From the IMG/VR virus record IMGVR_UViG_3300005077_000489, positions 32,001 through 96,000 of that record: a DNA stretch of 64,000 bases, one strand, 5' to 3'. Source of the stretch: a virus (taxonomy: Duplodnaviria; Caudoviricetes). The stretch's first letter is position 1. Every line of letters begins with the position of its first letter. The notes under the pieces were generated by a model that did not search any database, was not told the origin of the DNA, and worked only from the letters and a program-made list of their open reading frames with translations. This document shows, in pieces, positions 37,796 to 48,900 of this stretch. Position numbers and translations under genes: made by a program.

Positions 37796-39526
37796 ATGGC
37801 TAAACGAAATCGTATTCTTTACGCTTCCCAGGCTGTGCATGCTAATGGTCATATCCTTTATCGTGTGCAGACTTTGGGAAGTAATACGACCTTTACCTCT
37901 GAAGACGTATTTGAACTTGGACACCTTGATAGGGTTGATGTTGTTGACGATGTCCCCGCCGTAGCAGTGGCAATCGATACCAACGACTTCGGTGCACCTG
38001 AAACTATGGCAACACTAGCTGGTCTGAACCCGTCACGTATGACTGGTTCCCCTAGTTCTAGTGGGTCTTATTTACGTACAGATATTTCTTGTACCGGTTC
38101 CGGAGTTAGATACTATCATGGTGTGGCTCTCTCTCATTTTAGTGATGCTTATACCAAGATTTGGGCTCCCGTCCAAAACGAGGCTTCTTTGGGCACTCTA
38201 GATGATGACGTTCAAATGACATTATTTATGGATAAGGTTTATGTTAACTCCATGACTCTTACGTATAATGTTGGAGCCACTGCCACAGAGAATTACGCGG
38301 GTGAAACCGATAATAAGATGTGGTTGGTCAACGGCGGGAAATTTGTATCCCAGGAAGAATGGGATATTTTATCACCGTCCAACAGTCAAGAGTTGTATTT
38401 AGGTATACCCAATTCTGCTAGTATCCCAGCATTGAGTAATTGTAAGACTGCTTTCTTATGCTTTACTGATACTGGCGAAGAAGGTATTATGGTTAAAGCT
38501 TCAACAGATAAGTATGGTACTGTATACCCAGTTCGTACTGCCGCCGCAAGTGGTGTATTCGGTTATACCTCGGCTACACAGACCCTAACTTTACCTACTA
38601 ATGCTGCTACATTGTGGCCTTATGCATCCAAGGGGTATAAGATTGTGGCTGTTTATGCTGCTAGTCAGTACGCTGCTTTGAACGGTAATACTGCTGCTTC
38701 TGATCCTGCAAAGGATTCGAAAAGAGTATATGCTAAGTATTTTGAGTTAGTATCCTCAACAGATGCTCCCGATGCCCCTGCAAACTCTCTTCCAGAGGAT
38801 GTTGGTGCTGTAAGGCAGGGTCAAGTTGAAGTATATCTAGTTGACCCAGACTTGCTGTCTGGAAAGACTAATGCCGATTGGTCTATGTTACTTCGTATGC
38901 AGTCCGTTACTATTACTGCTAATCCGACAAGAACGCCATTGAATGAGTTGGGGCATTTACGTCCTTATGCTCGTCCGATGAATTTCCCTGTTGAAATTAC
39001 CACTAATACTACAGCGACTGCTTCCGACCTTGAGTTATGGGCGACATTTGCCGGTTATACCCCCGCTGATTATGACGCTGGTGGGTCCGGAACTGATATC
39101 GCCTTGACTAATCTAATGTCTAAAAATAATCTTATTCTTATAATTAAGATTTTCCAACAGACAGATGATGAGGCCGGTGGAAGTGGTATGGATAGAAAAG
39201 CTATGCTTCCTACCATGGCTGGTAAAGAGTATTATGATTGGGACGGTGCTGGTACATACCCGTCTTATAATCCGGCTAGTGCTGGAATGGTTGGTTCATG
39301 CGTTGAACCACCGAGGGAACGACCCCTTAAGACTGTTATAGTCCCTGGTTTGAAGATTACTGCCGAGAACTTCCAAAACGCAGCCGGAGGCGGCGGAGGC
39401 GGAGGTGCTGGTGCTACTCAGGAATTTAATTTCCGTTCGACCAACGAACTATATGTAGTAAAGGGTGATGTTGATATTCAGGACGTTAATTGTGTAGAGG
39501 TTAATGCTTCTGCAGACTTGTTCTAA
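37796..39526 (+). CDS. Major tail (tube) protein
   Basis: AGGAGG RBS; RVQTLG..TFTSEDVFELG and RMQSVTITAN..R..LNELG tube-like segments; followed by a strong hairpin and tail chaperones. Confidence 0.7.
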   Translation: MAKRNRILYASQAVHANGHILYRVQTLGSNTTFTSEDVFELGHLDRVDVVDDVPAVAVAIDTNDFGAPETMATLAGLNPSRMTGSPSSSGSYLRTDISCTGSGVRYYHGVALSHFSDAYTKIWAPVQNEASLGTLDDDVQMTLFMDKVYVNSMTLTYNVGATATENYAGETDNKMWLVNGGKFVSQEEWDILSPSNSQELYLGIPNSASIPALSNCKTAFLCFTDTGEEGIMVKASTDKYGTVYPVRTAAASGVFGYTSATQTLTLPTNAATLWPYASKGYKIVAVYAASQYAALNGNTAASDPAKDSKRVYAKYFELVSSTDAPDAPANSLPEDVGAVRQGQVEVYLVDPDLLSGKTNADWSMLLRMQSVTITANPTRTPLNELGHLRPYARPMNFPVEITTNTTATASDLELWATFAGYTPADYDAGGSGTDIALTNLMSKNNLILIIKIFQQTDDEAGGSGMDRKAMLPTMAGKEYYDWDGAGTYPSYNPASAGMVGSCVEPPRERPLKTVIVPGLKITAENFQNAAGGGGGGGAGATQEFNFRSTNELYVVKGDVDIQDVNCVEVNASADLF

Positions 39527-39538
39527 GTCTTGACTTAT

Positions 39539-39578
39539 TATACTAGGCTGACTGCACAAAAGTGGTCAGCCTAGTATA
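39539..39578. terminator. Perfect 14-bp inverted repeat after the major tail gene
   Basis: TATACTAGGCTGAC-12 nt-GTCAGCCTAGTATA. Confidence 0.7.
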
Positions 39579-39589
39579 TCTTGTATTAC

Positions 39590-39659
39590 AGTCTGGGGCT
39601 ACAGACTGGCTACGGCAACATAGCAGAAGCCCCCGCCTTTAGGCGTGGGGAGTAGTCAC
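39590..39659 (+). mobile_element. Miniature non-autonomous IS200/IS605-family element, copy 2
   Basis: TTAC then AGTCTGGGGCTACAGACTGGCTACG...GAAGCCCCCGCCTTTAGGCGTGGGGAGTAGTCAC; compensatory stem changes relative to copy 1. Confidence 0.7.
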
Positions 39660-39743
39660 AAGATTGCTGATTACCACGTTCTTTAACGGCGAGTAAGCAA
39701 TCACGGAACGGTAAGTGTTATAGGAAACGAGGGGAGGTTACTC

Positions 39744-40721
39744 ATGCTTTATGAATTAAACAATACAGATTTTTCATCTGTAGACCCAAATCTACCAATT
39801 ATTTTTTTACAAATTACCAAAACAGGCGGATTAGCCTATTCACAAGCACTGCAATTTATATATAGAGAAAGATTCTGGTGGGGAAACCCCGAAGAGTTGG
39901 CAAAGGCTGTTAATAAAGGTCCATGTACTGTTTTTGCTGGGCATTTTAATCTGGCTTACCCCTGTTATCAGAAAATAGAAAAAAGATTTAATCATGTAAC
40001 ATTACTACAACACCCTATTTCTAGGACGTTAGCAAATTATGAGAATATTCTTATAAATCCGAGACACCCTAGTCATAATATTTGTAAAGAGATGTCATTG
40101 AAAGAAATTTTTAAGCAAGACTATTTTAGGAAAACATTTGGGTATGATGACTTGATCGGTATCTTGTCTTCTATGCGTTTTATAGGTAATAGGACCTGTA
40201 ATTTAACGCAGCAATCCAAGTTTAATCTGTCTAATTTTTTTACCTTCTTTGGTATTGCCGATTATTATACTGAGTTCTTAGACATCTCCAACCGTGTCTT
40301 TGGTTGGCCTGAATACGATTATAAGTCCTTCGATACATTATCAGAGATGAATCACGAAGATTATGCTGATTCAGAGACCCTGTCTCTTATGTCTGATGCA
40401 TACAGGCATGATATAAAATTTTATAATTTTGCTGTGGACTTGTACGAGAAAAACAGATACGCCTGGTTGGGTAAGAGTGATTTATTAGCAGAAGATGCAT
40501 TAGAATTACGAGAAATAAATATTTTTGAAGAAAGGCCGTCCCGTATTGAAGTGGGTAGCCTTGCGTCTAATAAAGAGGAAGAGATACCAGAAGGAGAAAT
40601 AATAGGAGTGGTTGACGAAGCTGCGGCGACTACCCCGGTAGATAGTAGTAAAGTTTCGTTATTCAAACGAATTCTTCTGTGGTTTGGCAGGATATTTAAT
40701 AAGAAAGGAGGAGAGGTGTAA
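39744..40721 (+). CDS. Sulfotransferase-fold protein, possibly catalytically altered
   Basis: IIFLQITKTGG (cf. FLHIPKTGG), FAGHF, TLLQHPISR (cf. RDP..R), DIKFYNFA. Confidence 0.7.
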   Translation: MLYELNNTDFSSVDPNLPIIFLQITKTGGLAYSQALQFIYRERFWWGNPEELAKAVNKGPCTVFAGHFNLAYPCYQKIEKRFNHVTLLQHPISRTLANYENILINPRHPSHNICKEMSLKEIFKQDYFRKTFGYDDLIGILSSMRFIGNRTCNLTQQSKFNLSNFFTFFGIADYYTEFLDISNRVFGWPEYDYKSFDTLSEMNHEDYADSETLSLMSDAYRHDIKFYNFAVDLYEKNRYAWLGKSDLLAEDALELREINIFEERPSRIEVGSLASNKEEEIPEGEIIGVVDEAAATTPVDSSKVSLFKRILLWFGRIFNKKGGEV

Positions 40722-40723
40722 TT

Positions 40724-40996
40724 ATGGCACTAGAAGAGAATAAGTATCAAAAAGATAGTAGAAAAAAATTAGAATATGAATTAGAAAAGATCCAAAAACG
40801 TGCTCAAGGTCAAATACTAGACTATGTTGAAGTAGCCCTTGGAGACCCAGAAAAATTTAAGCCTACTCGGGCTAAAATTAATAGATCAATAAATGAGTTC
40901 ACAAGAGCAATCAAAAAAGAGCTAGAAAGATCTTATACTATAGAATATCAGGCTATAAGTGAAGATATAATTGTAGTGGCTAATAAGTCACGCTAA
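40724..40996 (+). CDS. Hypothetical protein
   Basis: GGAG RBS, 90 aa. Confidence 0.6.
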   Translation: MALEENKYQKDSRKKLEYELEKIQKRAQGQILDYVEVALGDPEKFKPTRAKINRSINEFTRAIKKELERSYTIEYQAISEDIIVVANKSR

Positions 40997-41016
40997 GTAA
41001 AGGAGGAGATAGGATT

Positions 41017-41703
41017 ATGGCAGACAAGAAGAATAAAGAAGAGAAAGAACTCATGGATATTTTTGAAGACAAGCGTTCATTCATCCATAATGGTGAAAAG
41101 TATTATATTGACAATGCTGATTTTAACACCATTCGCGGTGCCGACTGGCATTATGCACAGACCTTTAATGAGGCTATGTCACTCGGTATTATGACGGTTG
41201 CCCAGATGCAGAATGTTTTGATAGCCCGCGGAGTGATCGGAAAGGAGTGGGAGGAAAAGCGACAAAAGATACTTACAACTATCGATGAGAAGACTGCGGA
41301 ATTAAATGAAGCTAAAGATAGAGATTCAAAACTACAGTTAGCTACTGAATTGAAAGAGTTAAGAGATGAATTATTCAGGCACAACCAGATTGCTTCCAGT
41401 CCGACATCCCAGGCTGCAGAGAATCTAGCAGACGACGCCCGTGTAGAGTTTCTTACTTCTGCTATGATAAAGGATTCCGACGGTAAGAGTGTATGGCAGT
41501 CTTACGAAGATTTTAAGACTAGCGAAGGCGAGAAAATGGCTCTAGCAATGAGGTCTCGTTATGAGGTGATGCTTTATCTCTCTGGAATGTCCAGTAATTT
41601 CATGGACTTACTACCAGAATCTAAAGCGATGAAGGATTTAGAGGAAGAAGATAGGTTGTTGGAAGACGCACCTAAGGATGAAGGTCCTAAAAAGAAAAAG
41701 TAA
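41017..41703 (+). CDS. Probable tail assembly chaperone
   Basis: Helical acidic protein between tail tube and tape-measure genes. Confidence 0.5.
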   Translation: MADKKNKEEKELMDIFEDKRSFIHNGEKYYIDNADFNTIRGADWHYAQTFNEAMSLGIMTVAQMQNVLIARGVIGKEWEEKRQKILTTIDEKTAELNEAKDRDSKLQLATELKELRDELFRHNQIASSPTSQAAENLADDARVEFLTSAMIKDSDGKSVWQSYEDFKTSEGEKMALAMRSRYEVMLYLSGMSSNFMDLLPESKAMKDLEEEDRLLEDAPKDEGPKKKK

Positions 41704-41723
41704 TTTCTGTATGGTGTCTAATT

Positions 41724-41748
41724 AGGGTAGCCCGGGCGGCTACCCTTT
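41724..41748 (+). terminator. GC-rich hairpin (weak terminator/attenuator)
   Basis: AGGGTAGCC-cgggc-GGCTACCCT followed by only TT. Confidence 0.45.
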
Positions 41749-41768
41749 CCACATAAAAGGAGGGGCAT

Positions 41769-42878
41769 ATGTCTATAGCCTGGTCTATAGAGGAACTACA
41801 ATCGCACATTGATGAAGTTACAACGGGCGAAAAAATTATTCCTATAGAACTGTCAGGTAGGGACACCCCTCATTATATACTAGTAAAATACCCAAATAGA
41901 AAAATTTTAAGATTATCAGAAATTGAATATGATAAGTATATATATACTGCTGCCCGGTTAGGTGTAAGAACTGAAGCAGAGATGGAAAAGCTTATTCGTG
42001 AAAAGGGTATTTGGACCGAGGATGATGATGAAATTGTTGCTGAATTAATGGAGAGACTAAATAAGTGGAAGAATAAGATAGTTAATCCGGATGTGACTGA
42101 GAATACTAAAAAGCTAGGATTGGAGTTGATCGCCAAAACAGAGGAGGATATATATCAAGCAGAAAAGAAGAAAGATGTTGCGATGCAAAATACTGCTGAA
42201 CGGCGTGCACGCTCCGCTAAATATGACTTTCTAGTTTGGGCATCTAGCTACAGACCAGAGACGGATGAAAGACTTTATGATAATTATCTAACCTACTGTG
42301 AAGAGGTAGATAGTGAATTAAGGAATAAACTTTTAGGTGAATTCATAAAATTCTATCTGGTCGGTCATACGACTGAAGAAATTCGTTATATTGCTAGAAG
42401 TAATCTTTGGAGGATACAATACGTTTCGGCACAAAAGGCTAATATGCCTTTATTCCCAAATTCAATAAGGGAGCTGACTCCGTTCCAATTGAATTTGATT
42501 TGGTGGTCATCTTATTATCAGTCTATTTATGAACTGTTGCCCGATGATCAACCTGAAGATTACATTATAGAAGATGATGAATCTCTTGATAAATATATGG
42601 AAGACTTGCATAAGGAACGGTCTAAGGACAGAGCCACAAGGCGGGCGGAAAAGAAATACGGTGCTAATACGGCGATGAAGATGCAAACAGCCTTAGTTAT
42701 GAAATCTAATCCTGATTATTGGGATTATGACTACGATGCTGCTAATCCTATTACTAAAAAAGGTCAGTCCAACATTACTTTAATGGACGACCCTAAAAAT
42801 AAGGCTCAAGCCTTTAAGAAAACAAAAGGCATACAACGTAGTCGAAAATATACCGCCCCTAAAAATGAAGACGAATAG
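41769..42878 (+). CDS. Probable second tail assembly chaperone
   Basis: Immediately upstream of the tape-measure gene; GGAGG RBS; 369 aa. Confidence 0.5.
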   Translation: MSIAWSIEELQSHIDEVTTGEKIIPIELSGRDTPHYILVKYPNRKILRLSEIEYDKYIYTAARLGVRTEAEMEKLIREKGIWTEDDDEIVAELMERLNKWKNKIVNPDVTENTKKLGLELIAKTEEDIYQAEKKKDVAMQNTAERRARSAKYDFLVWASSYRPETDERLYDNYLTYCEEVDSELRNKLLGEFIKFYLVGHTTEEIRYIARSNLWRIQYVSAQKANMPLFPNSIRELTPFQLNLIWWSSYYQSIYELLPDDQPEDYIIEDDESLDKYMEDLHKERSKDRATRRAEKKYGANTAMKMQTALVMKSNPDYWDYDYDAANPITKKGQSNITLMDDPKNKAQAFKKTKGIQRSRKYTAPKNEDE

Positions 42879-42902
42879 AAGAGGTTATGGAGTTCTTAGA
42901 CT

Positions 42903-45900
42903 GTGGCAGAAGAATACACCTTTAATATAAAGTTAAAAATAGATGTGGATGATTCTAAGGTATATAAACTAAAAGAATTGTCTGACAAGACTAATGATGT
43001 ACTACGTAACATAAATATGTCCCATGTGAAGGGACTTGGCTCTAGTATGTCTTTTGGGACCAGTGATAAAGACATTCAAGTTTTTAATCGTATCAAACAG
43101 GAAGTACAGAACCTAGAGGGTTATATAGATAGATTAAAGTCTGATCGAATGTTTACTCCCGCCTATATTGATGATGCCACTAAAAAGTTTTCCAAAGATT
43201 ATGATAGAAAGCAACTCAAAGAAGATTTAAAAAAAGAAATGCAGATGGAGCGGGATAGGTTATACCACTCCATTACCCATGCTACAGACAGTATGAAACG
43301 TAGTTTAGAGCAGCAGAGAAAAGAATTTATCGACTTACATAATACCTTAAAGCAAATTAAAAAACCTACCGATATATCTACATTTTCTGGTGAGCGTGTA
43401 ACTCTCAGACCAGAAAGAAGTCTGAAGGAAATGACAGCCCCTGATATTTTTACTCGTGATCTGGAATTAATGATAAATAAATTACTCTTAAAACCGAAGG
43501 CAGAATTAGGGAAAGAAATATTAAAAGTAAAAGAATACATGGATGACGTCTATTCAGAGATTAATACTGCCTTAGATAAGGTGGGTTATGAGTCACATCG
43601 TAGGGCTCAAGAAGAGGTTGGTAGGCTCCGCTTGAAAATAGAGGGACTTGCTACCGCAGGGGATATAGACCAGATAACACGTAATGTAGAATCTTCATTA
43701 AAAAGCGGGGATTTATTAAACCAAGTTAAAAAAATGCGTGAAGAGATAGTGAAAGCATCCACCGAGTTTGCTAAGGAACTGGGTGATGAGACGGATAAAA
43801 CTAGAAAGTCCTTTGCTAATTTTCAACGTAGTATTATTTTTGCCTTTAACAAACCGCAGTTCTTTGACCCCGCTGGAGAACTGTTCAGGGATGTGCAGTC
43901 ACTCAGCCAACGTAAAGGAATTGGTTCCCCTTACGGCGGTCGTTACGTTGGTGCTCCTAGGATTAAGTTTGATGAGGGCGGAATAGCCAAATATGAACTA
44001 TTTGATGTAAAGGCATTGGCAAGAGAAACTGCTAAATTAATGTCAGTAGCCGGGTTAAAGCAAGCCTTGAAGGCTGACCTAGATAGTTCCCTGCAAGATG
44101 CCTTGAACAAATATTTGGATGCTAATAAAATTTCTAAGAAAATAGAAACACTAGTTTCTTATTCTATTAAAGACCTGCAAAAGATACAACTAGATTTGCT
44201 CCGCTTTGCCGAAAAAGAAGTGGCTAGGCGAATTGGTGATGAAGAAACCAAGAGGCGTATAGAAGTATTTAATAAATATTTAGAGAGTATAACAAAACAG
44301 GCACTAGTCCTCCCTTCTATCGCTAAAAGTTCGCGTGGTGCTTCTATTATAAGAGACCCCGAACGTGGAGAATATCTGACTCTCGGTAGATATCTAGAAA
44401 CTAAACCAGGTATTAATGAATTGGATGATAGATTTATCAGACCTTTGTTAGACTATGTTAAACGTATGAATTATCGTACACAAGATATTCCGTCGCAAGT
44501 GAAAAATATTCAACGTACTGTTAAGGATTTCTGGGTAAGATCCCGCCCACAAGAAGAGCATGGTGTTGGGGTTGGTATGGAGTTAGCCGCCAGAGAAATG
44601 GTCGGTAGGATGAAGACAGCTTTTGATACGGTTGGCTCCTTCCTGGAACAGACTAGAGGACCTAAGGCTAGAAGAGCATTAACCGGAATAGATGAACTTA
44701 AGCAGCAATTCATGGTCGATTATGAGAAAGCACTGCGAGAGGCTGTGCGTGCTACTCACGAACGTGTTGCTAAAGAAGAAATAGTTACCGGGGCTAAAAG
44801 ATTACCCCCTGATTTGGAATCTCGTTTTAGGGAAGCCTTGAATTCTTTACAAGGAAAGGGTCCTAGATACCAATTATTACCAGAGCAAGTTGTTGGTTTT
44901 CTAAGGAAGGAATCTGAGAAAGTAGCACGTCAGATAGAATCTTTACCCATTGATAAATTAGAAGATGAATTAAATCGTATTGGACAGAGAGAGAAGAATG
45001 TAGTAGGTGGTACCGATTATGATGCTAGAGCATGGCAACGTGTCCTAGAGGAATTCAGTAGATACCGAAACGTAGATTTTTACAATATGTTAAATCGTGC
45101 TGCTTCTTATTCGAAAGATAGTATAAATGAATTGGAGAAGATACGTAATAGTTTATCTTCAGCCGGTCGCTTAGGAAATGAATCTTATTTTCAAGAATTA
45201 TTGCAACAACAATTTAAGAAGGTTTTTGACCCTATAAAAGAGAAGGTACCTGAAGAGCACGAAGCCATGCAGAAGCATGAGGTCTACGGTCGCCATAAGG
45301 TAATAACAATCCAGCCAAAAATACCTGGAATAGATGCCGGGCCTAGTTCCTACGGTGTTCCTGTCGATTTACAAGCTCTCAGAAGATTTATTGTTCAGAG
45401 AAATCTTGACATGGAAGAACTCTTTGAGAAGGAATATCTGAGGGGTACTGAAGCAGCCATGCGTAAATTAGGTACAACTATTGAGCGTCTTGCTACGGTT
45501 GGATTAAACGAAGCGGCAGCCGCAGGTAAACGAGATTTTGGTGATAAATTCATGGAATCTTTTTTCAGGGGTAAGAGATTACAACCTTTTGCTTCTTATG
45601 ACCCTAGGGAGACCGAGGCTTTTGGTTATTCTATAAACCCAGCTCGCCCCACCGGGGCAGCATGGGACTCCTTGGCTGGTCCAGAGTTTAATGCTATACG
45701 TTCTCGCAAAGCTCATAAATTTATCCGTAGCGGAGAGTGGGGACCGTACGGGACTGGTTTAAATGTTACTACAGTTCTTAAAGATGTTTCTGCTGGTTAT
45801 GAAGATTTATATGAGATAGGTAAAAGGTTACAGGAATTAGCTACGTTTAAATTTAAAAAACTTGTGGTTCCTAACTTGAAAGGCACAGAGGAAGAATTAA

Positions 45901-48900
45901 AAAATAGCGTTGTAAAGTATCTGCAAGAGGTTGGTCATGATATTTTTGGTGCTCCAATTAAATCTAAAGAACTAGCTGATGAAACTTATATAAAGGATAT
46001 AGTTAAGAGATGGGCACAGTCTCCTCAGGGTCCTATAGAAGAAAATATTGTTGAATTAATAAATACCTATTTGGGTCATGAAGCACGTAAGATTTCTACC
46101 GGTCAAGTTCTTAAGGGTGTAGCCTCTACAGCCTTTACTAGATTCGGTACAGAAGTAGAGGAATCGGTCAGGGAAAAAGCTAAAAAAGGATTGTATCCAA
46201 AGATAAAATTTATGGATGTGGGTGAATTATCAGATGTTCCTAAATCATTTGAAGAATTGATATCTGAGTTATTGTTGGTTCGAAAAGATTTAGACCCAGC
46301 AAAAGTTTCTAAGGCTCTAGAGATGATAAAAGGAACTCAAAATATGATTATGATGTCTTCTGACCATTTAAAACAATTAAAAATTAGTCCTATAGAATAT
46401 GGTACTGGTAGAATAATGGGGGAGGATGCTCCGAGCCTAGAGGAGCGTCGTAATTTTGTTGGTAACTTACTTGGTATAAATTTGACCTCAAAAGAAGCTC
46501 TAAGGAGTGCAGGAGATATTACTGCTCAAGTTAAAATGTTAGAGCAAGATATGGAGAGAATAAGAAGGCTATATAAAGAATCTACTGGTGGAGATTTAAA
46601 TAAAGAGGTTCCAGTAGACCTACGGATACTAGCCTCCGGGATAGGGAAGAAGTCACGTATGATCGGGGGTAACTTAGCAGAGATTATCGCAAATAATATT
46701 ATAGGAAACCTACGTTCCAGACCTTTAGAAGGTGAGACGTTAATGGAACAGATACAAAGGTCTCCCCTTGCTAAGGTTCTTGTGGAGAACACCGCCTCTG
46801 GTCGCGAAGTTATGAAATTGGCAGAACTATATAAGGGGGCTTTAGGATTACGTGGGAAGTATGGCGAAGAGTTTATATATAAACAAAATGATGCATTAGA
46901 AAAAGCGGTTGCAGGAATGATGCATGTTATGATTATGAAAGAACCTAAAGGGTGGGTACCTAAAGGTGCGGCCGAATTAGAAGCTGGTTTGTCAAAGATG
47001 ACAATAGATCCGCATGGATGGTTTGGTCTTAAGAAATTGTTTGATCCACAAGGTGCGTTGACACGTGAATTTACCATGCGGGCTTTTCCTGAAGCACGGG
47101 AAGCTGGTGCTTTCTTATCGGCATTTCGTTCATTTGCTAAATTACGTGAAGAAGAGATGACCAGAGCAGTGAAGACGGGAAAAGTTAGAATGGTCGGTGA
47201 AAAGCAATTAGTTGATGAAGACAGAGAAGATTATATTGCTCCTCTTAAAAGAAAGGCGACGGTAGCCGATCTGTCTAGAACTATTTTTGATCCATTTAAA
47301 TACGGACCTTCTATGGCTTTGGAGTTACCGGAGCCATCCGAGGATATGAAACGTTTGATAGAGGAAGAGATTAAAGAAGGAATAAAAAAAGGTATACAAG
47401 TAATGCCGGTCAAACGTTTGGTTGAAATTCCAGAGATTAGTGCACGACAGTATGTGACTTCAGAGACCGGTGAAGTATTACCCTCTACGGTATCCAGGTA
47501 TCTCTCAGAACTGGTGGATGCCACAAGAAAGTATCATATATTAGGTAGCCGAACTAATGATATAAATAAATTAGATATGCAGCGAGAGTTCGTTGGGACC
47601 GCTATTGGAGACTTCTATAATAGGATACATCCTATCAGGGACTTGAGCGTAAAACTTGATTTGCTCAGTAAACTGGAAGAGCAGGTTTTTTCCTTAGTGG
47701 GAAGTAAACCTATGCCACAGTTTTCCGGGAAATCTTCTGTCATCGCTGACGCACAGGACCCGACTAAAGTATGGTTTCCTACTATGTACAGCCGCCTCGA
47801 CGACGAAACAAAGAAATCTTTAGAAGAGGATATGCGTAAAGGTATTTCTATAAAAGATGCTTATAATAAATATTTTAAGGAGTTGGAACAATCAGTTTCT
47901 AATATAAATTTCAGGGCTCGTTTTCTTCGCGACCTTATAACGGGACCTGTAATTTATACTAAAGGAAAAGAGGATATTGGGCGTGAAGTAAAAACAGATA
48001 TATCAGAGGGTAATGATCCCCGCTATCAAAATATTAACCTAGTCCAAGATAAGATGTTATCAGATATTATCACTAACTTCAAACAGTACGAAGCTGAAAC
48101 AGATGCCTACGGGAAAACTATCGGAATAAAGTCTCGTTCTTTATTGGACTTACAGTATAATGAAATAAGACGTAATCTAAAAGAATATTATGATGAATTA
48201 TCTAATATGATATTCGGTAGAGGTATCCTGTCTGATGTAGTTTTGAAGAAGAAGATACCTGCTCTCTACCTGACAGCTCAACAACGACCTTATGACCCTA
48301 GCGAAGCAATAAAATCTGCTATAGACAAGTTAAACAAATTCAAAACAGAGGTTCCCAATGCTGAAGAATTGAAGACGGACTTAGATAAGGCTCTTCGAGA
48401 TGTAGAAACTTTCAAAGTAACAAAACCATCCCAGTGGGTCCGTCCCGGAGAAGTTCGTATAGGCGAGAGAGACCTAAAGGAATTACAAAAAGCGGGAATG
48501 GCTACTCCTGAGTTACAAAAGAGTGTGGATAGTGTTTATGCCTTGATAAATAGGCAGCCTACTACAGATGAATTTAGTTACAAGGCGATGCGGCTTACAG
48601 TGGATGATGCTCTAAAAGACCTGTCTGGAATAGCAGTAGTTCCCGGGTTACCAATAGGCGACTATCCAGTTAGTTCTAAGATGGAAGAGGCTTACAAAGC
48701 GTTAGAGGATTTACGTAGCAAAAAAGTTAAGGCTATAGAAGAAGAACTTTCTAAGTCTAAAGGTAAAATGACTTCTACTGTCACTAAGTTGCAGAGGGAT
48801 ATAGATGAGATAGACCGAGCGTCCAAGGACTTGCGGCCTATGTACCATGAAGCCTCTTTGGGTTTAGATTATGACGGAGATATGATTTCTATTCATGCTG

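Noticed and set aside
37796-39526. Contractile tail sheath
   Set aside because: No sheath motifs and no separate tube gene; the layout fits a non-contractile tail, although baseplate genes lie outside the window
41680-41770. Programmed -1 frameshift joining the two tail-chaperone genes (lambda G/G-T style); A-rich end AAAAAGAAAAAG plus downstream hairpin
   Set aside because: The -1 frame matches the downstream gene but has a TAA at 41754-41756 before its start, and there is no canonical X XXY YYZ heptamer
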